Source: an uncultured Verrucomicrobiae bacterium (lineage in GTDB: Bacteria > Verrucomicrobiota > Verrucomicrobiia > Limisphaerales > Palsa-1400). Taken from it: a DNA stretch of 64,000 nt. The stretch covers positions 206,118-270,117 of the forward strand of contig CAVPOM010000015.1 of NCBI GenBank assembly GCA_963707025.1, in the 5' to 3' direction. The notes beneath the pieces are model-generated. The model saw only the letters and a list, made by a program, of their open reading frames with translations, had not been told where the DNA came from and searched no databases. A program made the position numbers and the translations under genes. This document shows, in pieces, positions 63,001-64,000 of the stretch (the stretch's first letter is position 1; every line of letters begins with the position of its first letter).

Positions 63001-64000
63001 AAAGTGTAGTTCACAGCGGCCAGACCCGAGCCGGTGATGGCGTAACTGCCCACCGGGCTGGCGGGCGTCGTGGCGCTGCTGAACTCCAGCGCGCCGGTCG
63101 TGGCGCTGGCTTGGGTGTCGCCCGCCACAAAGCCGGTCACCAGGTGGCGAAACTCGTGTTGGCCGAGCCATAAGGCTGGCTGGCCGCCGTCGCCGCGTAG
63201 GTCAGCGTGGCCGGAGTGATCGTCAGCGCGCTGGCGTTGCCCGACGCCTGCTCAAAAGTGTAGTTCACAGCGGCCAGACCAGAGCCGGTGATGGCGTAAC
63301 TGCCCACCGGGCTGGCTGGCGCCGTGGCGCTGCTGAACTCCAGCGCGCCGGTCGTGGCGCTGGCTTGGGTGTCGCCCGCCACAAAGCCCGTCACCATGCC
63401 GGTGAAACTCGTGTTGGCCGAGCCATAAGGCTGGCTGGCCGCCGTCGCCGCGTAGGTCAGCGTGGCCGGAGTGATCGTCAGCGCGCTGGCATTGGCCGAC
63501 GCCTGCACAAAGGTGTAATTGCTGGCTGTCAGCCCGGAGCCGGTGATGGCGTAACTGCCCACCGGGCTGACTGGCGTTGTGGCGCTGCTAAAGGCCAGCG
63601 TGCCGGCCGTGGCACCGGACTGGGTGTCGCTGTAAACAAAGCCCGTCACCGTGCCGGCAAAGCTCGTGTTGGCCGAGCCATAAGGCTGGCTGGCCGCCGT
63701 CGCCGCGTAGGTCAGCGTGGCCGGGTTGATGGCCCCGGTGAGGGAAGGTTCTGTCAAACTGTAGTTGGTCGCCTCACTGCCGCCCAGGCTCAGGCCGGCC
63801 ACCGTGACCGGCACCGCCGGATTGGCGTTGGTGTCGGTAAACGCCGCCGTGTAGCCGTTGGTGTTCAAAGACACGCTGCCGAGGTCCTGCGCCACAACGC
63901 CCGTCAGAATCACGTTGTTGGAACTCAGGCTCGCCGCATCCAGCCCGCTCAACGTGCCATAAACCACCCCATCCACCGTCAACCCCGAGGCAATCGTCAC
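57026..64000 (-). CDS. Giant repetitive surface adhesin (MBG-like and YDG-like repeats, passenger beta-strand repeat, Ig-like domain); 5' end outside the window; three frameshifts
   Basis: ORFs 63137-64000, 61809-63140, 59152-61812 and 57026-59155 are consecutive pieces. Motifs: DKVYDGT (YDG), LTITPATLTY..YG...VTGFV.GDT..SPVGSYAIT (MBG), GTGTLTLTAADTYTGRTIISSGTL. Confidence 0.88.
58160..64000. repeat. Near-identical ~1329-bp tandem repeat, more than 4 units, with internal 258-bp subrepeats
   Basis: Equivalent positions at 59155, 60484, 61812 and 63140; 443-aa protein period. Confidence 0.92.

Noticed and set aside
71..63173. Long shadow ORFs (e.g. 71-1429, 1408-2676, 15324-16982, 25358-27595, 51638-53452, 59380-61845)
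   Set aside because: They are antisense or alternate-frame to well-supported genes, as expected in high-GC DNA, and carry no motifs.

Overview
High-GC bacterial window, most likely Verrucomicrobiota subdivision 3 (inferred from gene content and protein style). Core and metabolic genes: cheB-cheR fusion beside a PAS/GAF sensor, metF, lhgO, DegT aminotransferase, trpS, kdsD-like isomerase, priA. It also encodes an ECF sigma factor/Ser-Thr kinase pair, many secreted proteins (C1, S9 and S10 peptidases, serpin, CAP, IgGFc-binding-like, BspA-type LRR, and a giant MBG/YDG-repeat adhesin running off the right end) and a type II R-M pair. The accessory zone (about 18.5-36.7 kb) holds a cluster of mostly broken toxin-antitoxin genes with two IS3 copies, one of which splits a relE gene. 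It also holds a 5.1-kb IS1-family transposon with passenger genes (27690-32821; 28/29-bp terminal IRs, 8-bp TSD) carrying a nested IS4. The most notable signal is inside that transposon: a promoter-hairpin-U-tail unit (candidate ~90-nt sRNA, 32079-32172, minus strand) that is complementary over 17/19 nt to the structured leader of the element's own transposase, plus a cis-antisense promoter. This suggests C4/RNA-OUT-like RNA control of transposition. Four unrelated secreted proteins share a ~70-aa C-terminal module ending in [FY][FY]R[LI], a candidate sorting domain. About a dozen single-base frameshifts, including one in the essential trpS, most likely reflect long-read sequencing error. No CRISPR array, rRNA or complete tRNA was seen.
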